Source of the DNA: Raillietiella orientalis
Taxonomy: Eukaryota
NCBI GenBank assembly: GCA_036172245.1
Contig: JAYWIR010000056.1
Location: forward strand, 248,001-312,000
Length of the DNA: 64,000 bases
Reading direction: 5' to 3'
In this document: piece after piece, positions 52,300 to 64,000 of the stretch
Position numbering within the stretch: position 1 is the stretch's first letter
Layout: each line of letters begins with the position of its first letter
The notes under the pieces: model-generated
Told to the model about the DNA's origin: nothing
The model's database searches: none
The model's input: only the letters and a program-made list of their open reading frames with translations
Position numbers and translations under genes: made by a program

Positions 52300-55200
52300 T
52301 GCCTATTCGAATAAAGCGGCAATTTCGCAGGGCGGGCATCCATTTTCAACACGACCGGACAGCAAAGATGGCAACAAACTTGGGAGCATCACTTTGGAAT
52401 CCCATTCTTCCCATTCTCCTGATGCTTTCCAGCGCCCGCGCTGAGGAAAATGGAGATCCGTCCTGCTCGAAGGCTCCAGAATTCTCACCCGTTTCAGCTG
52501 CTCTCGAATGAGCGTCGAGAGAATCGGAATTTCCAGATTCCCTTAATTCGTTTTTCAAGAACTCATCTTCAACTCTTTCGCGTTTTTATTCTTCAGGTCA
52601 GTCCCTGTTGAGCGTGCACGGAACATCCACGTCCTGCGTGTTGGCCTCTCACAGGTCACAACAGAACATCTTCGCCTGCGTTTTTCCCACGCGAGGAAGA
52701 TGAAATTCCCGGTTTCGTCATTTCAGCAGAAAGGGAGGCAGAGACACCGTTGCCTGGTCACTCCTCCCTCCCGTGAGCAACCAGGAGTGAAAGTACCTGA
52801 GCTTCTTGGAGTTCAAGCAGCATATCTCGCAAACAAAGCTCTTCCCGGCTCCTGCAGGCATCTTTCCGTGCTCTTTTCTAAGGAAACAAAAACATCGCGG
52901 CTCCTACTGCTGGACCTCTCGTGAGTGCATGGTACATGCAGGAAGAACGTACGCTGTGAGCGTCGCTCTGCTTCCTTCTCACCCTCCTCTATCCTGCCAA
53001 GCATCTGAATAGGGATGGATGAGGATTGCGGAGAGCGAATTTTTCCGTCGGGCCCTGATTTGAATGCAGCCAGGGAAATGATCTTCCTGGAACACTGGAA
53101 GCCGTTGGCGACCCTGAGGAATTTGAAGCTTCGCCTTCTCCGTCCCTCCCCGTTTTCGCGAGTGATCGCAAGAGGAATCCAAGAGACGGGAACGATGCGC
53201 GAGGCCCCGGAATTCCAAGAACTGCTCCTCGAGGCATAATTCGATGGATCCAGAAAACAGTGTGCGCCTCATCGCTCCTGATCAATCAAGTTACTCCGTC
53301 CCACAGAAATCAAAAGTTTGCTGCTTCCGCAGAACGGGGAAACTTGCTGGGAAAGTTTCGGGAACCTTCGTTTCCAGAATGCGATTATTCTGTTTTTGCT
53401 TCTCTTTTTCCTCTTTCCGGTTTTCTTCTCTTCTCTTTTGTTTCCTTTCCAAAGCCTAAACACCCTCACGAAAGGGGGGGGGGGAAAAAAAACATTGGAC
53501 GGTGATTGAAAAATTTGATTTCTGCACGCAGCGGGCAGGCTTCATCCAAAAGGTACGTAGTGGGCAAAATTACCAAGAAATTACGAATTTGAATTTCCCT
53601 TTGTGCTCGAAATTCGGTACAGCGTGCTCACGCTTTTTAGAATTCGTATGTGTTTCATTACACAAGCCAATCACGTGCAAGAATTATTACCGACAGTCCA
53701 AGCACAATCAGACCCTGAATTTATCACATATTAACCACAAACTCTTCAGGAACTCATCTTCTTTGTTCATTTTTCTTTCCCTGCATCCATTCGGCATTCT
53801 GAAGCACTTGGGAGGATTTGCAGCACTTGAAGTACCAAAGTGCTTTTGCTGATTTTGCACCTCATGACTGGCAGGTGATCAAACAGAAGAAGGAAAAGGA
53901 GAGACGCTATGATTTATTTGACAAAGAGCCCCGCATCATATTTCATGCCTGGACCCGGGCAGCAGCCATCTTTCATCCGCAAACACGGTGCAATCCATTG
54001 CTCGACGATGAGGCGGAAGTGGAGAGGAGAGACGACGCCACCTCTTCTAGATGAATCGAAGCACAGGTTGCTCCCATCCACTTGCCAATCACCTGTTGTC
54101 TCCAAACATGCACGACGGCCAGGTTGCCTTGACACCGAGGGACTTCCATGTTGCTCCTTGCTCCGTCCCTCGCCCCATCGAGGAAACCCATAATGACGGA
54201 CGGACGACGTGAACGCATTCGCTGCCCACGAATCGATAGGAAGCAAATAGCGAAGATCCCGGCGTGAGCCAACTGCACATCCAGAACTCCGCAAGTGACC
54301 GGGAGGAACTCCTTGTGCCCAGGCACAATCCACGCACAGCATCCGAAGCTGCTGATGAAGAAAAAAATTTATAAATTTCGGCAATCGAATACGAACGAGA
54401 TGGTCACTTGAGTACTGTGACCTGCAGGGCTGCAGTAGTAGGTTGAATGTGGAGAGCAGCCCGGATGCCACCTAGGATGTCTCCGTCGTCCCGTGGGATA
54501 CGTTCATCACGAAACGACCTATCCCTATAAGCTGACCCGGGGCGCCGCAGAACCAAAAATAGGCGAGAGCAAACGACGTTGAAATGATGAGTAAGTCGTC
54601 GTTTTCCCTCCCTGGGATGGAAGCATCGGTCCTGTTCAGCAATCGAGGGAATCGAATGGGAAGCTGGTCTCTAGTAAGGATCGGCCCGAGGGAAAAGAAT
54701 TTCTGGACCAATTCAAATTCGGTCCGATCTCCATAAGCAACGGCAGAGCACTCTGCGCACTTTGCCAGCAGTCCTGTAGGCTCCTCAAACTGGAGCAGCT
54801 GGTCGGAGCGCTGTAATTTCGATCATCGTTTGCAAAAACCTCTAAAATCACACACGCAAAAAAGATCGCATCGAAAATTTCGCGGATCCTCTCCTCCCAA
54901 GGGAGCGGGCAGGGGAAGGGGGGGGGAAGCTGGTGACCGCCAGTGACGAGGACTGCCGCTTACGCTTGCTTCCAGATGATTTCCGAGAGCGGCGACTGGC
55001 TGCTGGACGGGGACCTCGAGGTGCTGGCCAACCTATCACTACCCACCTTTTTTCTTCTTCCTTCCTCCCTCAATATGGGCTTGACTTCGTGGAGGAGGAC
55101 TTTTATTTCAGGAAGTGCCATTCGGTACTTTCGAGTTGGTTCCGTGTTGCGTTTGTCTTACGGGTTGCGTGTCTCACGGAGAAGGGTGGGCCCGGGCGTG

Positions 55201-55400
55201 CGAGTCAGAAGCGATTTAGCCGACGGGATCCGCTCGACAAAAAAGGAACCCGGGGAGTCCCTGGAGTATGCAAAAGGGGATGCCTCCTCGGAGATTCCGG
55301 AGGAGTCATCATTTTGAGTCAGCAGCTTGATCTTCCACATGGCAACTTGGAATGCCTCCCTTCCTGATACTCGCGTTCCCAACCACTCTGGATCCAAACC
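52300..55400 (-). mobile_element. Degraded LINE (ORF1-EN-start of RT)
   Basis: ORF1-like 54200-54710, SCDHS (~53160-53175, SDH), NSGAFEQDGSP (~52450-52485, SPGPDG-like). Confidence 0.4.
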
Positions 55401-55779
55401 ACAAACCTTCAAGCACTGGATCCCGGAAAGCGAAGAACTCCTCTTGAATGTCTAGGAACTCTGCAGCTGATTAACCAGACCGACTCCTCCTTTCAAGATG
55501 AGTGTCGTCACGAAAGAGACTGGTAGTAAATAGTGTAGTGCCAATACATCAAAGCATGCGCAGGTTATGTGATGGTATATACTGCATAGCATCATGTAAA
55601 ACACTGTGTTAAAGTATAAATGTAGGAGGCGCTGTACTGTACAATAAGCACTGTGCAGTACAGTTCTATGAGACCGGGCACACGTGGAAATCCATGATAT
55701 AATTTGAGGGACACACCTCAGTGCGCTTGCGCTTGTCCTGAGCTCTTCGATTCCATTCCTGCTTACATCCTTTACTTGT

Positions 55780-56350
55780 GTCTTTCTCATGCTTCTCCGA
55801 TTCGTCTGTCTCTTCTTACCACATCCTTCTCAGCCATCACACTATCCTGTTTCTAAGCCTGGATGCTCCGCATGCGTCCGGGATCTCATTTTATGTAACT
55901 TTCTGCCTGCAGCTCAGCTGTATTCTGGCACCTGCTGCCCAGCACGGCGCCCTTGCTTCTATCGCGCATTACGAGGGCTGGATCTCCCTAATGCACTGGT
56001 ACAGGAAGATCCAGCCTCCGTACCGCGCGATAGAAGGGACGGCCTTGGACACGATCCTTGGCTCGTGGACAGATCGGCAATGAATTCCGAGGGAAGCGAA
56101 AAAAGGAAGACCTCATCTCATCCGGACCGCGGAGAGGATTTGACCTGTCTGGAGGTTTTGATCTGCTTTAGCTGCACTCAGTCCTGAAAGACTGACATCT
56201 TCGTGACTCACTCCTTGGTGCGACGGGAGCGCGCTCTGGAAACTGCAGTCGGGATCAAGAAAAAGTTCACCTAGAAACTTAATCGGTCGGATGCTCGCAT
56301 GGAGGAAAGGAAGAGTTGCTGATGGGCGTAGGAAGAAGAAATGCGAGAGC
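55780..56350 (+). mobile_element. LINE RT fragment
   Basis: VRDLI, GALASI, LRGLDLPNALVQ and RGKR..SSHP (~56085-56125) in RT domain order. Confidence 0.4.
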
Positions 56351-56389
56351 GGGGAAGGCCTGCGTTGGCAGCCATGTGGCTGTGGTCTC

Positions 56390-57760
56390 CGTGTGTAGTA
56401 CCAAGCGTTGAAGGTTCGAATCCCACCTGGGAAAGGATCGACACCGAGAGCGGGGGCTGCGTCGTGGGTTACGAGTCCACCCCGCAGGGTGATGTCGGTT
56501 GGCCTACATTCGGGGGCTGCACTGCTCGACATCTGGCCACGCCAGGACATTTATTTATAAAAAATAAATAGACACGTCTGTGGAAGGACGTTTGATCCTG
56601 CCGCGTTGCTTATAACTACGAGAAGGAACCTGACGGGAACTGGCACACTAGACCAGCGGGATTCGCCTCAAGCAGCACAGGGGAAGGGGAGACAAACAAA
56701 AAGAAGAAAATAAAACAAAAAACATACAATCAAAAAATAGGAGGAGGGGGGGATTCGGGAAGGAATCACTGTGTGCTGGAGGGCGTCCTCTGCATCCTTT
56801 GCAGGATGCCGGCAAGTTCCTGTTTTATGGTTCCCAGATCGAGCCATCTTGATTATGTCCTCATGAGGAGGACAGCGGAATAGATGGCGTCCCTGTTGTT
56901 CTGGACTCCTCTGGCGTTGCTCCATGCAGCCACGATCCCGCCGCGTAGGCAGCAGAGTGCTGCTAGGGATGCGGCCGGAGTGAGGGCGTAGTGCAGCAAG
57001 AGGCGCTTTACAACGTCTCTGGCACTACGGCCGGGGGTTCGGCACTGTTTGACACCCGGTCACGCCGGAGCGTTTATTTCTAGAACCTAAATGTCTGTGG
57101 CAGGACGTTTGATCTTGACACGTTACTTATGAATACGAAAAGGAACCTGACGGGATCTGGCACGCAGGCCAGTAGGGTTCGCCACGGCAGCACAGTGAAA
57201 AGGGAGACAAACAAAAAGAAAAAACAAACCAAAAAGTGCAGTCGACAAAAAGATGGAGGATGGGGGGTTGGGCACTGGTGGAAACCGGAAACCTTCAGAT
57301 TCCCCCGTTGACTGGTCGTGATTGTAAGTGGACCCTCAGGGATCCTTCCAGAACGTCAAGGAGCCAGTTCCCTTCGGAATTGTGCAAATGGAGCCTTTCC
57401 CCTCTTTCGGGAAGGAATCCTCCATCGAGTACCATGGAGCTGGTTGATACCTCTCCGGAGCGCCCAAGGAGCGCTCTGCTCCCTTCGGAGAGCGCCCTCC
57501 AGAGAAATTCAGAACTCCCTTCGGGGTTCTTTTCAGAGGAGTAACAAGGAGCGGATAAGAAATGCGGAGTGCCCTTCCCTACCCGAAGGGCCCTTCGGAG
57601 AGAATAAGGAAGGACGGGTTCCCTTCGAAAACAAGTAGAGCGAGGGTTCCCTGCCTAGCGTAAGTAAAACGGACTGTTCCCTCCGGCGCCCTCCTGGATT
57701 CAGAGGGTGGTCCCTCCAGGTTACCCCTAACTTGAAGAGCTGCATGGGCGGCCTGTAGCT
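56390..57760 (+). mobile_element. SINE-like family A copy 3, interrupted by a family B tandem at ~56520-57260
   Basis: ccaagcgttgaaGGTTCGAATCCCacctgggaaaggatcgacaccgaga (B-box 56413-56424) matches the copy 1 head. The body resumes at ~57265 (ccatggagctggttgatacc, aacttgaagag). Confidence 0.65.
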
Positions 57761-59299
57761 CTTCGAGTTAGGGGACCCGGATCGGCATCGTGATGTCACT
57801 GCGGCGAGCGTAGTTGCGCAGAGGCTACGGCCTCTGCGGAGTCCCTCCAGCCCGTTCCGTAGCTGCATGAATAAATAATAGTGGGAGAGATGCCGTATCA
57901 AAACACGAAATGCCACACCTGCTGATACTCGATCCCCAAGAATCCCTCATTCAGAGGAGCGAGTTGTGAGAAGAGAGCACTTCTTCAGCAAGTAGCCTCA
58001 GACGAAACAGGAAAGACTGAAATTCGAAACTCTTCTAACTCCATCACCTTCATCCCCCTTTCAAATCAAGATCAAAACATTTGGGGGGAAGGGAGAGGGA
58101 GAAAACGGGGAGAGAAAAAAAAAAAAAAAAAAACAGAGCTCCACTTTGGCATTCGAATCACCGCCTAGTAATGGAAAAAGCATAAGCAAGTAAGCATTCC
58201 CAAAACAGTGATGATCAAACTGAAGGATTCGGGCGAATCGGGGGCTGAGGAGAATTTGCATGTGGACCAAATTCGGAAATGCAGATTTCCAACGATCGGG
58301 AGGTCAAAATCCGGTTACGAACCATCTCAGGACTTCCCCCCCCCCCCCCATTTTCCGTGATGGTGGAACGACTTCCCATCCCACTTGGCTAGTCGAGGCA
58401 TCGAGCAGACCAGGGTTGAGCTCAAATATAAGGTCGGATGTTAAGCGTGACGGAGGCGTTCCTCCCTACCACCGACTCCTTCACTTTCTTCTAAGGTTGC
58501 GACGTCTTCCCGACGTCTTCCCGGTTTGTCACAGGAAACAAAGCTTCGCGGTTAAGTAGTTTCCTTTTTAAGTAGTTTCATGTTTCCTTTTTTTTTTTTT
58601 TTTTTTTTTTTTGCGTGTGTCTGCTGGAACCATCTTGCAAGAGGAACGTATGGTTGTTGGTAAAGGTGAATGTACGTCTGGCTTTGATATTTGGACGCAC
58701 ACGTCGAGGGAATGCGAGAGACGAAACAGATGCGGGAAGCTGCTTGTCTGCAAATGGAAGATCGGTTCGGTTAGAAGGCGTGCGGCTTTGCATGAATCGG
58801 AAGACGCAACACTGTATCATATCTTGGGGGGGAGTGAAACACTGCAATTTGAAGACTAGCGCCGTCCCAGAACTCCTTGTGCAAAGCATCACCGATTTCC
58901 TGGCTAGATGCCTCAGGGGCGTCGTATTTCTCTCGGATTTCCATTGAGAAAATCTTCAAATGCCCTTCGCAGCGCCACGGAGGACCTCCAGAGAAGGAGT
59001 GCTAAGAATTTCCGGAACCAAATCGCTCCAAGCTCTAAGCTGGTCAATTGAGTTTCTACAAAGATACAAATAATGAAGGAGTTCCAGGAGGGGAGGGGGA
59101 GGGGAAATCTAGAGGAAACTGATTCCCAATCTCATCAACTGAGCGTTCATTGCATCCGTGCACGCACAGCGGGAAAAATCCTCTGACATGGTGCTTCAGA
59201 AAAAATCGTCTTCGTTCCTCACTGTTGCAGCCTTCCCATCTATGCCTGCCGGGATCTGAGTCTTCTGAAACCAACTGCTGAAACCTCCTTCCGGAACTG

Positions 59300-62200
59300 A
59301 AAACAGAGCACCGAGAAGTCCACTTCGCTCCAGAGGATGAATTTCAGATAGGTCTCGGCATCGGCATCGAAGTCGTCATCGGATGATTTCGCCGCATGGA
59401 ACTCTGCATGGAGGATTCACGAGAGCGTGGCGCCGCAACCACGACGTGCCACGTATTGCAGATGAGCAAATTGCAAACCGCATTTGTTTTTCGGTCTGTA
59501 CATCTGCTTGTCATAAACTGCACTGCAGCTCGCTGCAGACCGCTGAAAGCATGTGATATATACCACAGAAACGGTACGAGCAGCTTACTGTCATCCACAA
59601 CAGTTTAATGCCTTCTTTCGATCCGTCCACCACTCTCATAAGCATCAGAGTCCCCATTCTGCGAAAAAGAATTCCCGAAAGGATTTCAGTATTCGAATGA
59701 AAAGATAAAAGACATTTGTTGCCAACAGTCGTCTCCTCCTTGATTCCTTATGCCATTCCCCCCCCCCCCCTCCCTTCTTTCTTTTCGGACTTCAGCTGTA
59801 GGATGCGTCTTGTTTTGGCTACCGGGACTCTCCATGGTCGTCAGCGGGGCAGACGCAAACAATTCGAATCCATTGGCATAATCCCGTTTATTCTTCGACT
59901 GGAAACGAGATCTAAAGACCCAGCACCACGCCACCATGAGTCTGCACCTGAACAAATCTGTTTTTTTCCTGCAGCGTTCTCGTGGAGCAAAACTGACAAC
60001 ACTTGTTGAGTATTCATTACACCTCCAGATCCTGGGATTTACGAAAACACCCTTATTCTATTTCGAAGTGCTTTCCATGTTTGTCTCTTGAGGGTAGCAG
60101 TAGCAGATCTCCCCGCCACCGTTCTATCGTGACTTTCTTGAAGACGAAAGGTTCCCCACGTTGAGGTATTTTCTTCTTCACGCAGCAACCACGCGAGATG
60201 ACTCGATTTCTTTAGTTGGTATTCAGCTAAATCTGCTCTGCTCTTTGCCAGGATTGCAGCTTCTTAAGGAGACCAAGCAGCAACAAGCCTTTTGCCAATC
60301 TTTGCGATGTCTTCTCAAACGGTTCAAGCAAAATGCAATTTCCAGGCAGGCACTTCGGTCTTCGTCAATGATCGCGCGATGGCGCCTCGCAAAAGTGACC
60401 GAGGCGTAATCGAAGACGCTTCACGCGTGCATCCATCGCTTGGATCATCGCTCAGCGACCAGCGTGCCCGAGGCAAGTTGAGAACCAGAGGGGCGAAGGC
60501 AGGAAGGAACGACTGGAGAAGGAGCTCCTGATCCTGCAATGCAGTGCGGCAGTGCCCCTGTCATTTCACGTTTCTAGAAAACACATTCAACTGGTTTCAG
60601 GGAAAGGACTATCATGGGACGTTTTTTTCGCGTGAAAGTTCTAAGGGAGCTCGTGTTTCAATCAATTGTGCACTCCCTTACTTGGAGGGCGTAATTTACA
60701 AGGGGGAAGCCATCGGTCGCTCTCACTTTCTTTTCCGTATGTGACTGGCATACATAGGAGTCAAGAGTTGCTTCACCTGGGAGAGCCTCGGGACTTCACT
60801 TTCGGTGTAGTCGGAGATGAAGGCCGTGTTGTTTCGACTGCCTCAAAGACAAAGAGGAATGCACTGAGCCATTCCTCCTGGGTTTTCCTGGGAAGGGAGG
60901 AGGGGAGGGGGGTCCTGCCTTGCGCTTTGCTTTCTCGATCCTTTCAAAACAGGACAAGCAGCGATGAGGGACGCCTGCACAGGACCCTCCTGTGGTCGCG
61001 GCGATCCAGGTAGAACGGCAGAGTCTGGAGGATCATTTTCAAGAAGTTTAGGTTTTCATAGCGTGGGAATGGTATGTATAGGCTGTGGCACCCCATCTTG
61101 GGATGCATCTCGACTTCACCTGGAGGCTTTTTCATCACGTCTGTGCTCTCCTTGTTGATTCTGTCGTTCTGTTTCTTCTTCTTGCAATGGCGATTCATCG
61201 GGAAGGTGCATCTCGTCAAAGCGTGGGTCCTTCCATGTTTGATTGTGTTCCAATCCACCTGGTGCTTGAATGACATTAATGAGGCAATGACAAAGAAAGC
61301 AGTGTGAATTTTCGGGATCCCAGCTGAAATATGCATGTTCCTGAGCTTCCAGTATTTCTTGTACAAAACCTCGTTTCAGTGTAAGACACGTAGTTCGTTT
61401 CCGTACACGTTTGCTTGTGACCACATCCCGTCATCCATAGCTTACCTGCTTAATGAGCGAAACTGGAGGGTTTGTTCCCCACCCCCACCCACCCACCCCC
61501 CCAAAAAAAAAAAAAAATCTTTTTTTAATTTCGAAACGCCCCACCCGTTCTCAAATTCGAATACTCCGATAGGAATGGACCGAAAGGCTCTGCATGCACG
61601 TAAATACACTTCCATATGGACCGCAACGGAAGGTTTTCGAACTCGAATCTTTGCCAACAGTGGGGAAAATAAAGTCCCACAGAACAGCGAAGTCTTTCGT
61701 TTCAATGACTATGACGTTTCCAATTAGCAGTAGTGGGGCCTCGGTGAAGCTCTGTGAGAGCTATGGGGTTGCTTCGAGCTGTGAATGAAATCGCAGCGGC
61801 GTCCCCATCTTTCCGGGAGGTTGGTCACGTGACTCGCATTCCACTCTAAAAAGCACCTCGCCAGAGACCCCCCATAGTCGGCAGGTTTCGTCGCAGCCAC
61901 AGCAGTCTTGACAAAAGGGGACGGAATAGCGAAGTGATGCTGGACGAACGAAAGAGGAAGCTGAGATCTGAGAACTTGCAGGATCAGTCTTCGGCTGCTT
62001 TTGGATGTGATCTCTCAACTTTCCAGGAATTCTAATCCCTGCCAAATAGCATTTGCTCTTTGAGCATGTAAACGCGAAAACTCGAAGCAGTTTGGTTTCG
62101 GCTTCGGCTGCGCTTCGGCTGCCGTTGGAATTCATGCCTGCCGATATTGTATACGCATGAGGGATGGATTCTTCCCTTCCATATGAAATTGCAAGAAAGG

Positions 62201-64000
62201 AGCACAGGGAGAGTTAAGTGCACGAGCAACGTGGTTTCTCTCTTCCTCCCCTTCTCCCCTTGGCCACACCATTCCGCATTTCATCGAAGCACCCAGCATG
62301 GGCCGGAAACTAAACTTCAACGTAGGGGCCAAACTTTGAGCCCTCCCTTGTCCCCTGCATGCGGGGGGGGGGCATGCGTTTCCGGAACCGGAGATACCGA
62401 AGATGCCTTTGAATCGAATTCCAGTGCACACACCTGCGAGTTTCACAAAATAAGAGATCAAGTGGGAGGAACACGTGCTGGAAGATTCTCTCTTTGCAAA
62501 AGCGTAGAAGGGAATTGACCCAGAAAGTGTTCGGCCATCCTGCTCATCCCGGGGAACATTGGAGGCACTAAACTGTCGCATCGGCAATGCAGGAAAGTCT
62601 GCACGAAGAGAAATCGTTAGCTGCAGGGCGTCAGCATGAAGCCGTGGCAGCGAGTTGCGCCGAGGCTGCCGCGAAATCTGGCGCCCTTTTGGTTCGGCAC
62701 CGCCGTCAGGCAAGTCAAGTCAGCATTATGAGGGAACGAACTCTTCTCCATCGCACGCTCTTCGCTTTTGGAACGTCCATGCCGCCATTTCCAATCTCCC
62801 GCCATCATTCAAATTCGACTGGAACTCACCTGAGATGGCTGCGGAATCAGATTATCTCCACGTGCATTATTTACATGGAAGTTCTTCCCGGTATGAAGAG
62901 AGAGATGGCCTCCATCAATGGGAGTTGCGTTCGTTAGCCTCCATCTCCCTTCTCTCAATTCATTAACGAGCTCATCAATGATGACTAAATATTTGATGCT
63001 CTACAGGGTCAGGCAGTTGTGTCTTAACATCAAAGCACACTTTGCGCCTTCGCTTCCAGAACGGATGGGCTTTCCCTTTGCAATTCTGGAAATTTCAGGG
63101 ACGATCCCTTCCCGTTTCCAAATTAGCAGGAATGTGGGGAGAGGATTCGGTTTTCCAAAGAATCGTATGAAGGAAGAGGGATCTTTCGGGCTGAGGAATT
63201 TTTATCTGCTTCTTAGTTCAGGTGGAAGTACCGATTTTCCAGACCGAACGATCTTCCAGGAACCCGACAGTGGTGCGGAATGGCACGAGGGTTCGGGATT
63301 TAAAGGCACTGCAGCTCCGAAAAGCCACAAGAACCGGGGAAATAAAGCGGAACCGTGAACTCCCCGACCGAATAAACGCAGGGGCGAACGAGGTGCCCGG
63401 AGACCTGGCCAACTTTCATCGCCCTTCGAGATGGTTCAGCACCCGTTGAAACGGAATCCACGACTCGTCATGCAGGTTTATCTCGAGCTGCTGCAGACGA
63501 TTATGAGTGGTTCGTGGCGCAGATAACGGGAGGCACGTCCACCCATGCGTCCCTCTCCTGTGCGAATCCGCTTGCGCTGAAATGAATGGAATACCACATC
63601 CCATCAGTGGATAATAACGCAATTCGTCATTGGACAAGTGCCGATTCCAACGGAACGTCATCTCGCGTTAGTGGTCACGGTCGTTTCCATAGATATGCGG
63701 AGGAACGAGGATAATTCCCAGGTAGGCGCGTCACCCATGATCGGTCGAGAAACTGAGCTGTCTTGGGTATTGCAGCCTACATCTGCAGCAGAGCCATTCC
63801 GGGATGCCGCGCGGGCAAACGTTGCTTCAGTGCTACGCGTGCATCATGAATCGGTTTGTAACTGTGATCCACAGAATGTTTGAGAGAAGGCAGATTCGGA
63901 TTAGCCGCACTTCCATGCTTCAGCATCATCAGGTTGCGTTCCGTTTCCTAGCGCAGCTCCTCGAGAAGTAGTCCCCATGAGGAAAGCATGGATCGAAAAT
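59300..64000 (-). mobile_element. Degraded LINE (EN-RT)
   Basis: LTL..LREGEMEANERNSH (~62920-63010, LQETH region), QFHMEGKNPSLMRIQY (~62145-62195, FTW..RIDY-like), YKKYWKL (~61345-61365), SRGSP (~60778-60792). Confidence 0.55.

Noticed and set aside
52368..52511. Short ORF with a signal-peptide-like sequence (MATNLGASLWNPILPILLMLSSARA)
   Set aside because: Only 47 aa, antisense to a LINE RT-start motif, with no splice or homology support.
56370..56430. tRNA gene
   Set aside because: B-box only, no cloverleaf could be built, and it is part of a dispersed repeat.
1..64000. CRISPR arrays, operons or prokaryotic defence systems
   Set aside because: No regularly spaced repeat-spacer array and no dense intronless ORFs; the sequence has spliceosomal introns and eukaryotic TEs.

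Overview
Eukaryotic (invertebrate animal-like) genomic DNA. One host gene is recognisable: a minus-strand, multi-exon RhoGEF of the PLEKHG7 type (DH+PH). I assembled eight phase-compatible GT-AG exons by hand (25712 down to the TGA at 13722, about 565 aa), plus a probable ninth upstream exon; the true 5' end was not found. Most of the rest is heavily decayed transposable element DNA: about 13 relics of L1/Tx1-like non-LTR retrotransposons, recognised only from degenerate endonuclease, RT and CCHC motifs. About 10 of them are on the minus strand, and they run roughly head-to-tail across 27-64 kb. There is also a tRNA-derived SINE-like family (4 copies), an AT-rich foldback/TIR family (2 copies), a decayed intronic copy of one of the gene's own exons, and a few palindromes. 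Nearly all ORFs in the supplied track are spurious or TE debris. All motif and repeat calls were made by eye, TE boundaries are approximate, and I found no convincing novel protein-coding system.
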